DNA from: Aulosira sp. ZfuVER01
GTDB lineage: Bacteria > Cyanobacteriota > Cyanobacteriia > Cyanobacteriales > Nostocaceae
Length of the DNA: 64,000 nucleotides
Reading direction: 5' to 3'
NCBI GenBank assembly: GCA_034530615.2
Contig: JAVRCV020000015.1
Span: 1-64,000 of the forward strand
Below are positions 19,992-29,876 of this stretch, piece after piece. A program made the position numbers and the translations under genes. Below the pieces are notes generated by a model that worked only from the letters and a program-made list of their open reading frames with translations, made no database searches and was not told the DNA's origin. Position 1 is the stretch's first letter. Every line of letters starts with the position of its first letter.

Positions 19992-21035
19992 ATGAACTTG
20001 ACAACTAGCAAAGCCCAGGAATTTGAAGAATATTCTTCGGGGCTACTTTCAGATTATGTAACTGCGATCGCTTGGTCGCCTGATGGTACAAACTTAGCAG
20101 CCACTTCCGCAACAGGAGAAGTCATACTGTGGAATCATGATGACTTAGTAACCATGCAGACTGGTGATGGGAAATCAGTAGATTGCATCGCCTTTTCTCC
20201 GGATGGGAAATTTTTGGCTATTGGCGGACAAGATGGACAGGTAAAAATTTGGCAAGGTAATGAATTAATCGCCACCTTAAAAAATGCCCCAGCATGGGTT
20301 GATCAGCTAGCTTGGAGTCACACCAGTAACCAACTAGCTTTTAGTTTGGGGCGTTATGTGCAAGTTTGGGATGCAGATACCAATGAAATTGTCGTCACGT
20401 TAAATTTCGATAACTCATCAGTATTAGGAATTGATTGGCGCAGGGATGGGGAATACTTAGCCATTAGCGGTTATCAAGGAGTCAAGATTTGGCACACTCC
20501 AGACTGGGATGAGGAACCATACATCTTATCCATGCCTACTGTCAGTGTAGCTATGGCTTGGTCGCCTGATAGCAAATTTCTTGCTTCTGGCAACATGGAT
20601 CGCAGCGTTACCGTTTTGGAGTGGGGAAACCCCGACCCTTGGGTGATGCGTGGCTTTCCTGGTAAAATTCGCCAACTAGCATGGTCAGAAGCTACTACCC
20701 AATTAGGCGCACCGATTTTGGCATCCTCCAGCGTGGAAGGTATTGTGGTTTGGGAAAAGCTAGAAGATGATTCCTTAGGTTGGGAAGCGCGAGTTTTGAC
20801 TAATCATGTTGGTGTAATATCTGCGATCGCTTTTGCCCCGCAAAGCTTCTTACTTGCATCAGTTGCTGCTGACGGCTGGCTGTGTTTGTGGGACAAAGCC
20901 CAAGAAATCAGCCAAATTCTTACAGGTGTATCAGCAGGATTTTCCTGTCTAGCTTGGCATCCCCAAAGTAATTACCTGGCCGCAGGTGGTGAACAAGGAG
21001 AATTACTGATTTGGTCAAAAGTATTACACGATTAA
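19992..21035 (+). CDS. WD40 repeat protein
   Basis: Repeated AWSPDG..LA...W units. Confidence 0.9.
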   Translation: MNLTTSKAQEFEEYSSGLLSDYVTAIAWSPDGTNLAATSATGEVILWNHDDLVTMQTGDGKSVDCIAFSPDGKFLAIGGQDGQVKIWQGNELIATLKNAPAWVDQLAWSHTSNQLAFSLGRYVQVWDADTNEIVVTLNFDNSSVLGIDWRRDGEYLAISGYQGVKIWHTPDWDEEPYILSMPTVSVAMAWSPDSKFLASGNMDRSVTVLEWGNPDPWVMRGFPGKIRQLAWSEATTQLGAPILASSSVEGIVVWEKLEDDSLGWEARVLTNHVGVISAIAFAPQSFLLASVAADGWLCLWDKAQEISQILTGVSAGFSCLAWHPQSNYLAAGGEQGELLIWSKVLHD

Positions 21036-21171
21036 CGAATAAATTATTCACGTTTGATAAGATGAAGGGCACTAACTAAGGACTTTACCAGTCATTCATC
21101 TCAGTAATCGCGGTTGAAGGTAGTCAAGTTATTGGCTATGCTGTATCACCAGAAGACTTTATTTGTGAACT

Positions 21172-21435
21172 ATGAATATACTCAAACGGATTTTAATTGC
21201 TTTTCATCTCTTTGTAACGTCTATGCTGTTTATAGCCAATCCAGCACAGGCATCTAGTCTACAATCTGCGCCTGCTACACAAATCACGATTGTAGCATCT
21301 GCACAACCCATTTCCGAATTAGTAGTCCCAAAATTAACTCCAGCATCCCATCCAATTAGCGATCTCGCTGGCTGCAATTGTACTCAATGCGTTCAGTCTA
21401 AATTTCATTTACTGCAAGGCAAGTTACCTCTTTAA
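21172..21435 (+). CDS. Exported small protein with a CxCxxC motif
   Basis: Signal peptide ending PAQA; AGCNCTQC; same layout as 14305-14673. Confidence 0.7.
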   Translation: MNILKRILIAFHLFVTSMLFIANPAQASSLQSAPATQITIVASAQPISELVVPKLTPASHPISDLAGCNCTQCVQSKFHLLQGKLPL

Positions 21436-21438
21436 TCG

Positions 21439-21483
21439 TAGTCAGGACTTCAGTTCTTAAAATCAGGGCTAAAGTCCTGACTA
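21439..21483. repeat. REP-like inverted repeat / bidirectional terminator
   Basis: TAGTCAGGACTT...AAGTCCTGACTA between convergent genes. Confidence 0.65.
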
Positions 21484-21499
21484 TAGTAATTTTATAAAC

Positions 21500-23668
21500 C
21501 TACCAATGCGCTACTTGTTGTTGTAATTCTTCAATATCTAAATAATCATTAACAAAAGCCTTTCGTAATAGTGGGTAAGGAATAAATTCATCATATTTTT
21601 GCAATTCTGGTGCTTCACATTCACTTACTAAATATTCCGGCGTAATTCTTTCTTCAGCCAATGCCGCAATTTGTTGAACCAAGTCTGGAAATTTATTCTT
21701 ACCTAATTTGAGTGTTAGATAATAAGGATTCATCCCACCAATACTTTTAATTTCTAAAGATTCCCGACAGCAGGAATTCAACCATTTTTCTAATGTGCGG
21801 TAAGCTAAAGTTCCCATCCAAGGAAAGATACAGCATTTACCGTTTTCTAATCGTAATATATTCTGTTTATCTAAATTCGCTGCTCTCACCAACTGACGAA
21901 CTGTTTGTAAACATTGCAGAGCGTTTGTTTGTAAGTAACTATATTCTAAATCTTCTAACAAAACTTGCCGCATTCGTTGCAAAACTTTGGTATGGATAGT
22001 TCCTCCACCACCACGCCAATAAATAGTAGCTTTACCTTCCACAGGTTTAACCGAAATCACTCTTTTTTTTAAGTCAATTTCTACTACTTCCCAAGTTCTC
22101 CCTGCTAAGGCAAATTGATTGCCAACAGGAGGTGGCTTTAAAATACTACCAATTTCTGTTGTACCTTGCTTTACTGCATATTCTTGACTGTCAGCAAAGA
22201 CGGCATAAAACTGAAATTTTCTGACTATTCTTTCTCCAGCTAACCCAATAATTAATTTACCTGTTTCAGTTTTTTGAATATGGTCAATATCAATTAAATA
22301 GCGGAGCAATAGTTTAAAGTCTTCCTGAGAAATAGCGGCAAACGGTGGTAGGTTTAAAACTTGTTTTGCTAAAGCAGCAGGTGAAAGCTCACCTGTAGCT
22401 GCTAAAATACTCATTGTCTGGTGATATAGCAAACTCAAAGGATATTTTACAGGCTTGATTGGTTCAATCCATCGCTCCTCTAAATAAAGTTGAATAATCG
22501 CAATACACTGCAACAATTGCCAAGGAATTTGTTCTGGTAGAGATGCTTCTAAAGAGGGTTGAGATTCAGCGCAAACAAAGCGCATATCAGCAGCTTCACC
22601 TCTTCTTCCCGTGCGTCCCAAACGCTGTAAAAAACTAGCTACAGAAAGGGGTGATTCTAATTGAATAACTCTTTCTAAATGACCAATATCTATGCCTAAT
22701 TCTAAAGTTAAAGTAGCAGCAGTCACCGCCGGATTGTGAGGTTCGCGCATAGCATTTTCAGCTACTTGTCGCAAGCTAGCAGATATACTGCCGTGATGTA
22801 CATGATAAATATCTGGTAGTGTTTGTTCTGTCGCTATTCTTCGTAAAGATGCAATTACAGATTCCGTTTGCGTGCGATTATTAGCAAATATCAGACACTT
22901 GCGAGATTTACTGAGATTAAACAAATATCTGTCGTATACAGTTACTTCTAAATCATCAACTTCATCGTTGAGATAAAAATGCTCTACAGCCAGTTTAATT
23001 TGACGTTTTCCTCCTTCAATTTTTGGCGTAATTACTGACTTGTCAGTTCCAGAACGCAACCACTCTTCCGCCATTGAATAATCACCAAGTGTTGCTGACA
23101 AACCAATGCGACGAGGTTGTGTTTTGGTTAAGTTCGCCAAACGCTGCAATTGACAAATAATCTGACAACCGCGTTCTGAACCCATAAAGGCGTGAATTTC
23201 ATCAATCACCACAAACCGTAACTCACCAAATAAGCGAATTAAGTCATGATGTTTGTTAACTAATAAACTTTCTAAGGATTCCGGCGTAATTTGCAGAATA
23301 CCTTTAGGATTTTTTAAAAGCTTATTTTTATGACTTTGAGAAACATCTCCATGCCAATGCCAGACGGGAATATCTGCTGCTTTTAATAAGCCATTAAGAC
23401 GCTCAAATTGATCGTTAATTAAAGCTTTGATGGGGCCAATATATAATGCGCCTATGGTAGCAGATGGGTTTTCATACAATCGAGTTACTACTGGTAAAAA
23501 TGCTGCTTCTGTTTTACCTGCAGCCGTAGCCGCAGCAACTAGCAAGTGAGCATCAGTATCAAAAATAACTTGACAAGCAGCTATTTGGGCTGGGCGTAAT
23601 TCAGTCCAGTTGTGATGATAAATATATTCTTGGATAAAGGGTGCAAGACGATTGAATGTATCACTCAT
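21500..23668 (-). CDS. Lhr-like DEAD/DEAH-box helicase
   Basis: TAAGKTEA, TPESLE, DEIH, LSAT, HHGS, TLELGIDIG, QRLGRTGR; ATG at 23668 (MSDTFNRL) preferred. Confidence 0.92.
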   Translation of the reverse strand: MSDTFNRLAPFIQEYIYHHNWTELRPAQIAACQVIFDTDAHLLVAAATAAGKTEAAFLPVVTRLYENPSATIGALYIGPIKALINDQFERLNGLLKAADIPVWHWHGDVSQSHKNKLLKNPKGILQITPESLESLLVNKHHDLIRLFGELRFVVIDEIHAFMGSERGCQIICQLQRLANLTKTQPRRIGLSATLGDYSMAEEWLRSGTDKSVITPKIEGGKRQIKLAVEHFYLNDEVDDLEVTVYDRYLFNLSKSRKCLIFANNRTQTESVIASLRRIATEQTLPDIYHVHHGSISASLRQVAENAMREPHNPAVTAATLTLELGIDIGHLERVIQLESPLSVASFLQRLGRTGRRGEAADMRFVCAESQPSLEASLPEQIPWQLLQCIAIIQLYLEERWIEPIKPVKYPLSLLYHQTMSILAATGELSPAALAKQVLNLPPFAAISQEDFKLLLRYLIDIDHIQKTETGKLIIGLAGERIVRKFQFYAVFADSQEYAVKQGTTEIGSILKPPPVGNQFALAGRTWEVVEIDLKKRVISVKPVEGKATIYWRGGGGTIHTKVLQRMRQVLLEDLEYSYLQTNALQCLQTVRQLVRAANLDKQNILRLENGKCCIFPWMGTLAYRTLEKWLNSCCRESLEIKSIGGMNPYYLTLKLGKNKFPDLVQQIAALAEERITPEYLVSECEAPELQKYDEFIPYPLLRKAFVNDYLDIEELQQQVAHW

Positions 23669-23760
23669 ACCAATTTTTAATTTTAGAGATGTTGCATGGA
23701 AAGTCTCTACAGATGTTCCAGCAATCTCAAACAATTTATCCTTATATATCAAATAATTAA

Positions 23761-23792
23761 AGCTCCCAATGTTGGATTTAACATTGGGAGCT
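23761..23792 (-). terminator. Terminator hairpin after the 6S RNA
   Basis: 13-bp perfect stem AGCTCCCAATGTT/AACATTGGGAGCT. Confidence 0.75.
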
Positions 23793-23802
23793 AAGAATTT
23801 TT

Positions 23803-23989
23803 GAGTTCACCGCGACGCCGTTTTACCTAAGTTTATGACCTGGTTAAACCAGGTGGGTATCTAACTCTCTCGTTTAAAGTTTCCGGGTACTTGCCCGGTC
23901 TACTGCCACGAGAACTTTTGATTCCCTTTTCTTTAAAGACATAGATCAAAAAACTTGATGGCAGTCACCAACGTCGTAGTGCAACTAAC
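23803..23989 (-). ncRNA. ssrS: 6S RNA (SsaA/SsrS)
   Basis: Directly downstream of purK, the usual cyanobacterial location; long self-complementary ends (ACTACGACGTT...AACGGCGTCGCGGTG); CCTGGTTTAACCAGG hairpin; TATAAT at 23992-23997; terminator downstream. Confidence 0.88.
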
Positions 23990-24044
23990 TCATTATAGCC
24001 TTCAAAACTTGTTGTGTGTTCAATATAGAAATTTTCTCGCAAAT

Positions 24045-25187
24045 TTACCTGGGATACCAGATAGATTCTATGGTACGAGCGATCGCATTAGCCTCATCTT
24101 GGTTTTGACTAGCGAGTAAAACAGTGACGTGTCCTAGTTTTCGCCCAGGACGAGATTCTGTCTTACCGTACCAGTGGATGTAAGATTGGGGAATTTCGGC
24201 TAGCTGTTGGCGCTGGCTTTGGTAGTCGCTTTGGGAAGTTTCGTAACCTAGCAGGTTTACCATAACAGCGCTAGGAGTTTTAAACGCAGTATTACCCAAA
24301 GGTAAACCACAAACTGCTCTCAGATGCTGTTCAAACTGGGAGGTTTCACAAGCGTCTAAGGAAAAATGCCCCGAATTGTGAGTGCGGGGAGCAATTTCAT
24401 TGACGAGGACTCTACCATCTTTGGTAAGGAATAGCTCAATACCAAAAACACCCACCACTTGTAGATTATTTAATAGAGTGTGAGCGATCGCATCTATTTC
24501 TGCTGCTTGATTAGCTGTAATCTCTGCTGGTGCAATTACTCGGCGGCAAACCTGTTGTTCTTGTTGGGTTTCCACAACTGGGTATGTAACCACCTCCCCA
24601 TCGACAGAACGCGCTGCAATTATCGCCAACTCTCTGTCAAACGGAACAAATTTCTCTATTAAATAGAGTGTGTTGATACTAGCTAGTTTTTGCTGCAAAC
24701 TAGCCCAATCCTGAATAATGAAAGTACCCTGGCCGTCATAACCGTGGCGTCGGGATTTGAGAACTATCGGAAAACCTAAATGTTCAATTTTCGATTGTAG
24801 TTCTTCCGCTTGGACAGTATTATCTAGAGCAAAAAAATTGGGAACAGGTAATCCCAATTCTTGTAAATAGCAACGCTGATGATATTTATCTAATAGAGGA
24901 GCCAAAGCTGCTAATCTAGGACGAAAACAAACACCTTGGTTTTCTAAGACAGATAAGGCTTCTAAGTTAACAAATTCATTTTCAAAAGTGATGACATCGC
25001 ACTTTTGGGACAAAACCTCTGTAGCCGCCGCGTCACCAACTTGAGCAAAAACTGTTTCTTGGGCAATACTTACAGCGGGATCGTATTTACTGGGAGTTTG
25101 CACTATTAATTCCACGCCTAACTTCTTGGCTGCATCCCCCATCATCCAGGCCAGTTGCCCGCCACCAATTATACCAACACGCTTCAT
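24045..25187 (-). CDS. purK: N5-carboxyaminoimidazole ribonucleotide synthase
   Basis: GIIGGGQL, TFENE, GYDGQG, NEIAPRTHNSGH, RKLGH; start overlaps the upstream stop. Confidence 0.97.
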   Translation of the reverse strand: MKRVGIIGGGQLAWMMGDAAKKLGVELIVQTPSKYDPAVSIAQETVFAQVGDAAATEVLSQKCDVITFENEFVNLEALSVLENQGVCFRPRLAALAPLLDKYHQRCYLQELGLPVPNFFALDNTVQAEELQSKIEHLGFPIVLKSRRHGYDGQGTFIIQDWASLQQKLASINTLYLIEKFVPFDRELAIIAARSVDGEVVTYPVVETQQEQQVCRRVIAPAEITANQAAEIDAIAHTLLNNLQVVGVFGIELFLTKDGRVLVNEIAPRTHNSGHFSLDACETSQFEQHLRAVCGLPLGNTAFKTPSAVMVNLLGYETSQSDYQSQRQQLAEIPQSYIHWYGKTESRPGRKLGHVTVLLASQNQDEANAIARTIESIWYPR

Positions 25188-25672
25188 TGACATCCTAGAG
25201 AATCACGAGTTTGCACACCAGTCTTGGAATTTATACCACTGGCTTTGGCACACAGTTCTTTGATTTGAGCTTTATCCAGAACTGCATCAGTGAAATCTGC
25301 ATTGCTGATGTTCACATTATTAAAAATTGCACGTAATAAAAGGGTTTCTTTTAAAACGGCATCGCTCAAATCAGATCCAGTTAAGTTTACCTGATCTACC
25401 ATTGCATTTGTTAAATCTGCTCCGTGCAAATTTGCTTGTGTCATTACCGAAGCACTCAAAACTGCTCCTCGCAAATCTGCACCTGCAAAGTTAGCTAGTT
25501 CTAAATTGGCATTAGAGAACTCTGCTGCTTGCAAACTTTGTCCCGAAAAATCATGTCTTGTTAACTCTGCATTGCTAAATGACAGCGGATGAGTCCAGTC
25601 TGCCAGTGCAGGGGAAGCGATGAAAAATACTATCATCCCCAGAATTAATGCCAACCCTCGCTGCCAAAACAT
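25184..25672 (-). CDS. Exported pentapeptide repeat protein
   Basis: Signal peptide, pentapeptide repeats, LC..ASG.N..TGV.TRDSLGC tail. Confidence 0.9.
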   Translation of the reverse strand: MFWQRGLALILGMIVFFIASPALADWTHPLSFSNAELTRHDFSGQSLQAAEFSNANLELANFAGADLRGAVLSASVMTQANLHGADLTNAMVDQVNLTGSDLSDAVLKETLLLRAIFNNVNISNADFTDAVLDKAQIKELCAKASGINSKTGVQTRDSLGCQ

Positions 25673-25817
25673 ATCCGCTATCTCATTTTGTGTCTACTCA
25701 CTGCCTTTTAGCTTATCGCATTTCACTCAGGGCCATAATTCAACAATAAGCTTATCTCACCTCTAAAAGAAGTGGGATTTCGCGGGCATAGAGAATTGGG
25801 CATTAGTCAATAGTCCA

Positions 25818-25902
25818 GTAGCGTGTGTTATGCCGTAGGCTAACGCACCTTTAAAGGTTAATTGTGTGTCGGTGCGTTGCGCTGCGCGACAACACACCCT
25901 AC
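25818..25902. repeat. Inverted pair of REP-like palindromic repeats
   Basis: GTAGCGTGTGTT...AACGCACC and GGTGCGTT...AACACACCCTAC; one arm is identical to 3118-3149. Confidence 0.8.
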
Positions 25903-25932
25903 ATTTAAATTCCTTAACTTAATTCTGTCTGG

Positions 25933-27882
25933 CTACTTATTATTAACCCTCGTCCATGGGATCTGAGGAGATTCAACTGAAGCACCAGATTCAATAGAAA
26001 CTGGAATGATAACGTCGTTTTTCTTAGGTACTCGAACTCTCGTTCCAGGTGCCAACAAGTTACCATTGACGATGCTTTCTCCCCCGATGGTTGTCCCTTT
26101 TGTGGTGTAGCCTGTAGCCAGAGACGGCAAGATACGATTTCCTTGTCTGACGACTTCTTTAACAATCATCAACTCGGCAGGAGAAACCTCTTGCGGTTTT
26201 CCAACTAAGGGCTGAGACAAGTCACTATCTACTACACCAAGAAGGCGGTTATGGTAATCAAAGGCATACCCAATCTTCTGTATTGAAGAAAGAGCCATTC
26301 CTTTTTCCTGCGCAATCCTTTTAGCTTCCTCTTCAAGCTTGAAAGTCTTATCTTGTTCCTCAGCCTGAAGAAGGGTGCGAATCTCTTCAAATGCTTTTTT
26401 AGGTTCTCTGTCAGCTGCAATCTGCTGGGCTTTTTCAAAAGCTTTAGGAGATATAGACTTTCTTACAAAGAGGATCTTATTGGAAACACCTTCTACCTCA
26501 ACCGCATCAAAGACTAGTTGTTCCACAACCTGTGCTTTCTCTCCTATCCAACGTTCAGACTGGAGGCGAAATTTTTCAGGGTTTGCATTGGGGGGAGTTA
26601 GTCCAGCCTTGATAATCTCGTCGGCATTAGGGTTAGCTCCGATGAGAGTCACAACGTATTTAGTGACTTTTACCACGTTAGAAGCAGCACTAGTCTGTCT
26701 CACTCCACAAGCAGTTCCAAAGAAGTCAAAGTTAAAGATTCCTCTTAAACCCCATTCCGAGTATTGGTCAGATCCAACGATATAATCCCCGACTAAGCTG
26801 ACTCCAGATGCACAAGATAAATTCAGGGACATTCCTCCTGAAATTCTTGCTGCTTGACCCTGTGCCGACTTTGCCAAAGAATACAACCGTTGAGCCGCCT
26901 CTGCTTGACCAAACACAGAGACTTTTTCTCCAACTGGACGCTGAAGTCCTCCAATAATTCCTAAGTTTCCAAAGGCAGTCTGAGAAATATCATTTCCTCC
27001 CGTGTTTCCAAAACCGAGGATGTTGCTATAAACCCCGATATAGCTGTTGTTACGAAGAGACTTACCAGGCGCGTTAAATACAACTCCAGTGGTCAATCCT
27101 CCTACTCCAATTGCATTAGATGGCGCAGCAGGGTTGTAAGTAGCCTGTCCAAAGAGGAAGGTATTTTGGGACAGGCGATGGCTAACAGTACCTTCAACTC
27201 CAGCGGTGGGGAAAGTACCGCCTCCAGCAAAAACCGAACCAGACACGTCCGTATGACCCACTTCTACCCTTCTCGCACCAGTAAGTGGTATGGAGATAGG
27301 AACGAGGTTTCCAACGTTTTTTTCTTTCTTCTTCGGTTGTTCTTGGGAATTGGGATTAGGTTGAGGAGTGGGTTGGGGACTAGGTTGTGGGCTGGATTGC
27401 GGATTTGGTTGAGGAGTGGGTTGTGGACTGGATTGCGGATTTGGTTGAGGAGTGGGTTGTGGACTGGATTGAGGATTGGGTGGTGGACTAGGTTGGGGAC
27501 TAGGTTGGGGACTGGGTTGTGGACTGGATTGAGGATTGGGTGGTGGACTAGGTTGGGGGCTGGGTTGTGGACTGGATTGAGGATTTGGTTGTGGACTAGG
27601 TTGGGGGCTGGGTTGTGGACTGGATTGAGGATTTGGTTGTGGACTAGGTTGTGGACTGGATTGAGGATTTGGTTGTAGATTTGGTTGTGGGCTGGATTGA
27701 GGATTTGGTCGAGGACTGGGTTGTGGATTTGGTTGGGGATTATGTTGCGGATTTGGTTGGGGACGGGGTTGGGGATTATGTTGCGGATTTGGTTGTGGTA
27801 CACAAGGTTTTGTTGCCAGTGCAGATTTCGTCAGCAAGATTAACAGTAGTCCAGATACTGCAACAGAAGCCTTATAAATCAT
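25933..27882 (-). CDS. Secreted/outer-membrane protein with a long Pro-Gln tandem repeat
   Basis: Signal peptide (SALA), ~150 aa of PQPN/PQSS/PQPS repeats, a beta-strand-rich middle and a C-terminal domain; RBS GAGGAG. Confidence 0.8.
   Translation of the reverse strand: MIYKASVAVSGLLLILLTKSALATKPCVPQPNPQHNPQPRPQPNPQHNPQPNPQPSPRPNPQSSPQPNLQPNPQSSPQPSPQPNPQSSPQPSPQPSPQPNPQSSPQPSPQPSPPPNPQSSPQPSPQPSPQPSPPPNPQSSPQPTPQPNPQSSPQPTPQPNPQSSPQPSPQPTPQPNPNSQEQPKKKEKNVGNLVPISIPLTGARRVEVGHTDVSGSVFAGGGTFPTAGVEGTVSHRLSQNTFLFGQATYNPAAPSNAIGVGGLTTGVVFNAPGKSLRNNSYIGVYSNILGFGNTGGNDISQTAFGNLGIIGGLQRPVGEKVSVFGQAEAAQRLYSLAKSAQGQAARISGGMSLNLSCASGVSLVGDYIVGSDQYSEWGLRGIFNFDFFGTACGVRQTSAASNVVKVTKYVVTLIGANPNADEIIKAGLTPPNANPEKFRLQSERWIGEKAQVVEQLVFDAVEVEGVSNKILFVRKSISPKAFEKAQQIAADREPKKAFEEIRTLLQAEEQDKTFKLEEEAKRIAQEKGMALSSIQKIGYAFDYHNRLLGVVDSDLSQPLVGKPQEVSPAELMIVKEVVRQGNRILPSLATGYTTKGTTIGGESIVNGNLLAPGTRVRVPKKNDVIIPVSIESGASVESPQIPWTRVNNK
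27350..27800 (-). repeat. Coding tandem repeat (12-nt units in 36-48-nt higher-order blocks)
   Basis: GGTTGTGGACTGGATTGAGGATT-type blocks repeated many times. Confidence 0.9.
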
Positions 27883-29876
27883 TTGATTTTCTCCTCACTT
27901 ATGTAGTTTCAAACTCTCCATTCAAGGCTCAGGGAGCCAATAAGCATCAGAAACAATCGCATCAGCTAATGCAATGCGATCGCCTCTCATGATCAAAATA
28001 GTTAGACAGCACATAACCTATTGGTTGGGTATACAAATTTCTGCTTAAGTACTTACGCATATAAACAGTGGAATTTTTCGGTGCGAAACTGCTGCAACAT
28101 TCATGAGAAGTAGTTACGGGGAAGCCAATAAGGGGCGAGTTTCCCCTTGCAAGTCGCAATATATGCATTGCTGCTGTATTCCAAGAATTACAAAAGTTTA
28201 AATTTCTACTTTTTGTCTTTCAACTATCATTAACGATGTCAAAAAATGGTTGCTAAATGAATTGAAGACATCTAAGCAACCTGGAAACCTGTTGTACAGG
28301 CTATATTCTAATTTTCTAGACAAGTCTCTTTAGTAGTTAATGACAGATTTGAATTGTTTTGACTAGGGAAAATTTTTAGATTCCCTCTCCAACTCGATAC
28401 TATGACTCAAAATAAACATCTCTGCAAAACTACCAATATATTGTAGTTAGCTTTAGTAATACGATGACATTTTGAGAAAAATAAGCACCTTCTTTAGCAA
28501 GATAGGTGTTGAAAATATTTACTGGTCATAACAAGGCAAGAATAAGCATTGATTGCAGATTATTGCTAACCTGGGTAATTTTAAGATTTTTCTACTGGAA
28601 ACATGAATGCTTCAATTTTAAATCTCATCAGTTCAGCAATTGTCATAATTACCTCACAATATTTAGATAGATTTCACCTAATTCTTTTTTGAGCGACTCG
28701 AAATCTTCAGCAGTCTGTTCCTGATAATTTAGCTCTATAGCCTGTATTACAAGTTTCTCTAAATACTCGTAATTCAGACTAATTAACCATTTTTATTCAT
28801 CTTAAAGAACAGCTAAAATTATTACAGAATAAGACTTAAGCCAAAATATTGCTTTAGCTTTTCTGTTAGCAAATAAATGCTCAAACGCTTTATATATCTA
28901 CAGTTGAGAAATTAACTTTTACTTTTTTACTCACAGTGACTAAAGCTATCTAAAGACTGTGAATCTTGTGTATTGTTGGTGATGCACTCAAAAACAAAAT
29001 TCATCTTTGTTAGTAAAAATACTGTATACATATTCTTTTACCATATCTTTTCTAGTTTTTAGAAAAGATAAACGCAAATTGATCTGGCATACCCAGGATT
29101 GACATAATAAGACATATATGCATTGCCATCCTAACTAGGACATATAAGTTAGTTCAGGAAACCTTAGATCGTGACTGAAAGATATCGCAATTGCTAATAT
29201 TCATGCTTTTGCAGGCGCATTTGAGGTATGAGACAAGTAAAAATGTAAAATTAATTACATTCTTATTCAAGGATGATGAAAGCAGTTTTTTAGATAATTA
29301 GCTAAACCTCTATTAATATCCAGTCATACCTCATAAATTGCCAGATTATTTTCAGTAATTCAGTTCAGGATAATCTATTGTTCTGAATTTTAATGTGAAG
29401 TTCTCAAATAACCACGCAATATTCACACCAATGCTTACTTTAGTGGTTTTTAATATGTCAGTGAAATGTTAAGAATGCTTATGGAAAAATCTCAGAATAT
29501 TTTATTAGCATATATTTTTGCTTATATTAGTTCTTGAGGTCGTATTCATCCCGTTTCTTGTGGTGTTGAACCCTCATAAACTGGCAGAAGTATTGTTCTA
29601 GAAGATGATTTAATTTAGTCGGCGTAAATATTTATCGATAAACAACAAAATCAATAGATGCGTTTTGGCATCCACTAATTTTTTTCATGCCAATATTTAC
29701 TGAACTACAATTGTAAATATTTGAGTATTTTACGTACTTACTCTGTGGGATTTTGCTGGTTGTATCTGTAATAGTCGAAATTAGCTATTGGCTCCTGCTC
29801 TGCAATGTTGGTTTTATGCAGTAGTCAGAGGTATTGAAAAATTAATTGATACAAGTCATAAGGGTGGCAATTAGCA

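Noticed and set aside
27166..27992. Alternative-frame repetitive ORFs (WTGLRIW, NPVHN, VDLVVD)
   Set aside because: Shadows of the Pro/Gln repeat; only the 649-aa frame has an RBS, signal peptide and downstream domains
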